Virus record (IMG/VR): IMGVR_UViG_3300047195_000664
Location: 1-62,403 of that record
Reading direction: 5' to 3' (one strand)
Source: a virus
Taxonomy: Duplodnaviria > Caudoviricetes
DNA: 62,403 bases
Position numbers and translations under genes: made by a program
Part shown: piece after piece, positions 59,201 through 62,403 of the stretch
Layout: each line of letters starts with the position of its first letter
Position numbering within the stretch: the stretch's first letter is position 1
The notes under the pieces: generated by a model
The model's input: only the letters and a program-made list of their open reading frames with translations
The model's database searches: none
What the model was told of the DNA's origin: nothing

Positions 59201-62200
59201 ATACATTTGCATATATAAGTACTGGTGGTAGAATACGACAATTTAATAAAACTAAATTTGTTAGTGGTAATTTCACAAATGAATGGAATTATTCATTTGC
59301 TTATGATATTCGGGCAGGCTATGTAGATTCTAGTTATGTTTACTTTGTTCCTATTAACTCACCATTAACTGTATATAAATTCTTTAAAAGTTCTACTAAT
59401 TATACTGTTGGCGAGAACATAACAACGAAAATGCGTTTCGTAGATTCTACAAGCCAAATTGTTGAAACTACAAATGGTTCAAAAATTATACCTCCGGTAA
59501 GTGAAGTAGGGCCAGATATAACTCCGCCGACATTAGCAATTCAATTACCAGAAAATACAACTTATGGTTATAATATAAGCTTGCCACTAAACTATACTGC
59601 GTCAGATGTTTCTGGGGTAAGTCAATGTTGGTATAACCTTGATGGCGGTTCTAACACAACTATAACAAGCTGTGCAAATACGACCTTTAATACGAGTATA
59701 GGTTCGCATAGATTATATTTGTTTGTCAATGACACATTAGGAAATAACGCAACAGCGAATGTGAACTTTACGATTGACTTTTTTATAGAATGTAATAATC
59801 TTACAGTAGCTGGGAAGACATATTATCTAGGAAGTAATATAACTAATTTAACGACTACCAAATGTATAATTATTAGTAATGATAATATAACTCTTGATTG
59901 CCAAGGAAATATTATTAGAGGTGCTGGAACTGCTTCAACTAGTGGTATTTATATAGATTCACGTAGAAATATATTAGTAAGAAACTGTTATGTATCTACT
60001 TGGGGAAGTGGAATTACACCTAATTCTAATACTAACCTTACTTTTATAAATAATTTTATTAATGGAACAGAATATGGATTCAATTTCTATTATAGCCCCA
60101 ATAATATTATTATAAATAATACAATTAATAATACTGCTTATTCTATCAATTTTCTGAGTGGATTTAATAGTACACTTGTTAATAATACTATATTTCATTT
60201 CTTAAATAAACAAAGTGGACTTATTATAACGGGAACTTCGATAAATGATTTTAGAGGGAGTATAAATGAAAGTAATACTGTAAATAGTCTTCCAATATAT
60301 TACATAGATGGTGTAATAAGGCAGTGCCAAAATAATACAATTTATACAAATGGGAGTTTATATAGCACGATGGTATTTGTAGGATGTTCAAATATTACTG
60401 TTAGGGATTCATCACCAGTAGACAGTATAATATTTGCAGTTACTACAGGGTCACGTTTACTTAATTTAAACCTAAGTAATGTAGATATAGGATTAAGTTT
60501 ACAGGCGAATTCTAATTATAATACTATAATAAATGTTACAAATAATTATGATATAAATGGATACCAGATTGTAGGAAGTAGTTTAAATAATTTTACAAAC
60601 TGTACTGCTATTAATAACAACTGGGCTATTAGATTAGATTCTACTTCTAATAATAATAGATTTATAGATGGCATTATCAATAGTAGTACTCAATATGGTA
60701 TACTAATTAGTGCAGGCAATAATAATATTTTTGAAAATATCTCCATATTAAATTCAGTTACTTATGACTATTATCTATCAAACACAAATAATTTTACTAA
60801 TACCGACTTTAAATCTGCACGAAAAATATATTTTAGTAGTGATTCTTGGTTTAATTATAAAAATACATCTGATAGTAGTATTTGGTTGAAAAATAGGTTA
60901 TCTGATGTTAAAACAGTTATTAGGACTATAAATAGCTGGTCTAATTTAAATTTAACTTGGAATGAAAGTATAACTTCTGGTACTACAATAGCATATTACA
61001 ATATTACAGGATTACTACCAAATACCAATTATGAAGTTTATAATTTTTCAGTTTTAGCATATACAATAACAACAGATGCAAATGGGGATTTGAATTTTAC
61101 TATAAACTTGAATACAACAGCAAGGATAATACAAGTTAATAGTACAATTACATCTGATACAACCTCACCAACTCTGATAATAAGTCTACCTGCAAACACA
61201 ACCTATAATTATAATACAAGTTTACCGCTAAATTATACAGCAACTGATAATGTGAATATAAGTCAATGTAAGTTCAATCTGGATAATGGTGCAAATACTA
61301 CTTTAACAAACTGTGTAAACGCAACGTTCAATACAAGTGAGGGTTCGCATAGATTATATCTATTCGCTAATGATACAGTAAATAATAACGCTACTGCAAA
61401 TGTAAATTTTAGCATAGATATGATGGCACCAGTAAAGCCAGTTATTCAGTCACCTACAAACATAACATATAATACAACTTCAGTAAATCTCAATTATACT
61501 GTGCCGTCAGACAGAGACCAATGTAAATATGAACTAGATTGGTCTAATACTACATCTGCCACTTGTGCAAATCAAACAATGTCGAGTTTAAGTCAAGGTT
61601 CTCATAATGTGGCAGTTTGGATAAATGATTCGGTTAATAACTGGAATGTATCAACGAGAGTTTACTTTAGTGTAGATTCGATAAATCCAGTAGTATTAAT
61701 AACAATTCCGACAAACACGACTTATAACTATAAGCCAACTTTGAACTTCACCGTTAGTGATGCAGGTGGATTAGACAAGTGTTGGTATATAAATAAAACA
61801 GGTCAAACTAACCAAATAACTAGTTGCTTGAATGTGTCGTCAAGTTTATTCAATGTTACAGAAGGTTGGAACAATATTACAGTATATGTGAACGATACAG
61901 TGGGAAACATGAACTCAAGTGCAGTTAATTTCACGTATGATGTAACATACCCGACCATAACGATACAGATACCTACGAACACAACATACGGATATAAACC
62001 CACGCTTAATTTCACAGTCACAGATAATGGTGCAATAAGTCAATGCTGGTATATCAATAAAACAGGTCAAACTAATAAAATAACTAACTGTGCTAATGTA
62101 ACCTCAGTTTTATTTAACGTAACTGAAGGATGGAATAACATTACGGTTTATGTAAATGATACGGTAAATAATACAAATTCAAGTTCTATAAACTTTACTT

Positions 62201-62403
62201 ACGATATGACTGCACCGACACTGGCAATTCAGTTGCCACAGAACACAACATATAGTTACAATATTTCACTGCCTCTAAACTATACGGCAACAGATAATGT
62301 GGCAGTCAGTCAATGCAAATATAATCTGGATGGGGGAACTAACATTACTTTAGCGAACTGTGCTAATGCAACGTTTAATGCCACAGGTGGCTTTCACAAA
62401 CTA
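56275..62403 (+). CDS. Giant surface glycoprotein, N-terminal ~2000 aa (signal/TM, DNRLRE-like, beta-propeller-like, beta-helix, Ig-like repeats); joins 2-1945 for ~2630 aa
   Basis: GTG start MVTKRLVKSKTKWRLWIFATTITLATLLG; frame appears open to the end (absent from the track because it has no stop); in frame with ORF 2-1945. Confidence 0.85.
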   Translation, partial: MVTKRLVKSKTKWRLWIFATTITLATLLGYLETQGIQTWHSGDMVCGGKIICDGLFDINVPIKMSNYLGESINITELCFGKNINIVVDNVYNLSIYKADKRYGVNNPNRWKPFNFTGNCLPIGNNSFKINATKDEFSIVKWAVSNTNIDPYWYGIEKVTTCIRTEGTTDCKNDDGTRTLSIGQANVWDGKEWVDGDRLSEIVNVSYSDGTINISSSYFSYIIDVSINDGEKDYKLKDFPVKSALNIIDDKSAMEFALNISDIPKAVEGKLSHINFAHKKSGDLKNIEIAYSDLTRSGYELSEGKDVIQIGNLQAKLSSGSLYLDPLVTLGNGNVTADTTLNASASATYGDYGLMVTMTAHWVSATNRKTPILKVGISSLPANATITEARLFLRVADSNLDSGETFNYDVHHVYNQSSYNIGGAEWTEGNVAPTSSCTVNGGAASGTEIYWGNMPTTSSQMNLTYESRVTSADGGVAAHWNNWSIIKMLQTEYNSGGKNLTILLNVTRGAGSPDNSDCATIDSAEAATATSRPFINITYTTPDITNPTYSLNSTNSTYAGFSTKFSLYWQDTVGLSGYNFSFCNGSWIGSVCTAGWINDTWVAMTGTGNWSNVTKSVNSTIGSIIAWCVKANDTSNNWNTSSCNNPFNYTTQEAPYPPTIVNQQSYTNWSAGLGFNVTATADDGNGLDDITNCYLFSKRKYDNYGVQYTYTNKTGVYNSGNGNCTSNISTSDGSIVVMTNNTGITDSVYNGGLLKDEINDIIWMCSQYIRITKINATTGEVIAIAYPTGGSCTRLVQDDNFLYVGDSDGRLIKLNKTDMSFTETATGMNVKNPSLEIDDVGDDRGIYYMNSSGTGKYMIKVNASNITQQLWQIDTGATAVQDIATNDNIPAVYTAGQLNVVKKINKTDGAIDCTVADPGDSSSSAEYDSWLGNLWVGGYYERLRYINVTSCATLQTATLGPSGDAIFDVRVDADFVYTFAYISTGGRIRQFNKTKFVSGNFTNEWNYSFAYDIRAGYVDSSYVYFVPINSPLTVYKFFKSSTNYTVGENITTKMRFVDSTSQIVETTNGSKIIPPVSEVGPDITPPTLAIQLPENTTYGYNISLPLNYTASDVSGVSQCWYNLDGGSNTTITSCANTTFNTSIGSHRLYLFVNDTLGNNATANVNFTIDFFIECNNLTVAGKTYYLGSNITNLTTTKCIIISNDNITLDCQGNIIRGAGTASTSGIYIDSRRNILVRNCYVSTWGSGITPNSNTNLTFINNFINGTEYGFNFYYSPNNIIINNTINNTAYSINFLSGFNSTLVNNTIFHFLNKQSGLIITGTSINDFRGSINESNTVNSLPIYYIDGVIRQCQNNTIYTNGSLYSTMVFVGCSNITVRDSSPVDSIIFAVTTGSRLLNLNLSNVDIGLSLQANSNYNTIINVTNNYDINGYQIVGSSLNNFTNCTAINNNWAIRLDSTSNNNRFIDGIINSSTQYGILISAGNNNIFENISILNSVTYDYYLSNTNNFTNTDFKSARKIYFSSDSWFNYKNTSDSSIWLKNRLSDVKTVIRTINSWSNLNLTWNESITSGTTIAYYNITGLLPNTNYEVYNFSVLAYTITTDANGDLNFTINLNTTARIIQVNSTITSDTTSPTLIISLPANTTYNYNTSLPLNYTATDNVNISQCKFNLDNGANTTLTNCVNATFNTSEGSHRLYLFANDTVNNNATANVNFSIDMMAPVKPVIQSPTNITYNTTSVNLNYTVPSDRDQCKYELDWSNTTSATCANQTMSSLSQGSHNVAVWINDSVNNWNVSTRVYFSVDSINPVVLITIPTNTTYNYKPTLNFTVSDAGGLDKCWYINKTGQTNQITSCLNVSSSLFNVTEGWNNITVYVNDTVGNMNSSAVNFTYDVTYPTITIQIPTNTTYGYKPTLNFTVTDNGAISQCWYINKTGQTNKITNCANVTSVLFNVTEGWNNITVYVNDTVNNTNSSSINFTYDMTAPTLAIQLPQNTTYSYNISLPLNYTATDNVAVSQCKYNLDGGTNITLANCANATFNATGGFHKL
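62232..62403. repeat. Terminal direct repeat, right copy
   Basis: Matches 1-172 with one mismatch. Confidence 0.95.

Noticed and set aside
56945-62021. Short minus-strand ORFs listed in the last 6 kb
   Set aside because: Shadows of the unlisted giant plus-strand ORF
59521-62403. Diversity-generating retroelement template/variable repeats
   Set aside because: No reverse transcriptase; differences are not adenine-specific; repeats correspond to Ig-like domains
1-62403. Alternative genetic code or integrated provirus
   Set aside because: Genes pack densely under the standard code using all three stops; no integrase or host flanks seen

Overview
This window looks like a complete or near-complete (~62.2 kb) genome of an archaeal head-tail virus with an HK97-type siphovirus-like layout. 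Its ends overlap by 172 bp, and it has GGTGA-type ribosome-binding sites and TATA promoters. The host is probably DPANN-like, inferred from the compact fused primase and giant N-glycosylation-rich surface proteins. The minus arm (9.6-36.5 kb) carries a replisome (PolB, primase, clamp and loader, SSB-like protein, Sak4-like ATPase, RNase H, ERCC4, SNF2), a 7-deazaguanine DNA-modification pathway (folE, queD, queE, queC, dpdA-like), a tRNA-Met, a tRNA-like RNA and many small ORFs. The plus arm (37 kb to the end, continuing to 9.4 kb) carries an MCM-like ATPase, terminase, portal, capsid and tail genes. It also encodes two large signal-peptide-bearing glycoproteins; one is ~2630 aa, crosses the circular junction and is mostly missing from the ORF track. 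The main new candidate system is non-coding: at least four intergenic structured RNAs (53-127 nt) on the minus arm are closed by bulge-helix-bulge motifs. These are the substrate of the archaeal tRNA-splicing endonuclease, which predicts virus-encoded excised or circular RNAs made by host splicing machinery. Also visible are a ~420-bp block-symmetric palindrome (probable origin), a repeated operator 11 bp upstream of TATA boxes, apparent strong GATC avoidance and a 30 x 14-aa repeat protein. All calls come from reading the sequence by eye; no searches or folding programs were run.
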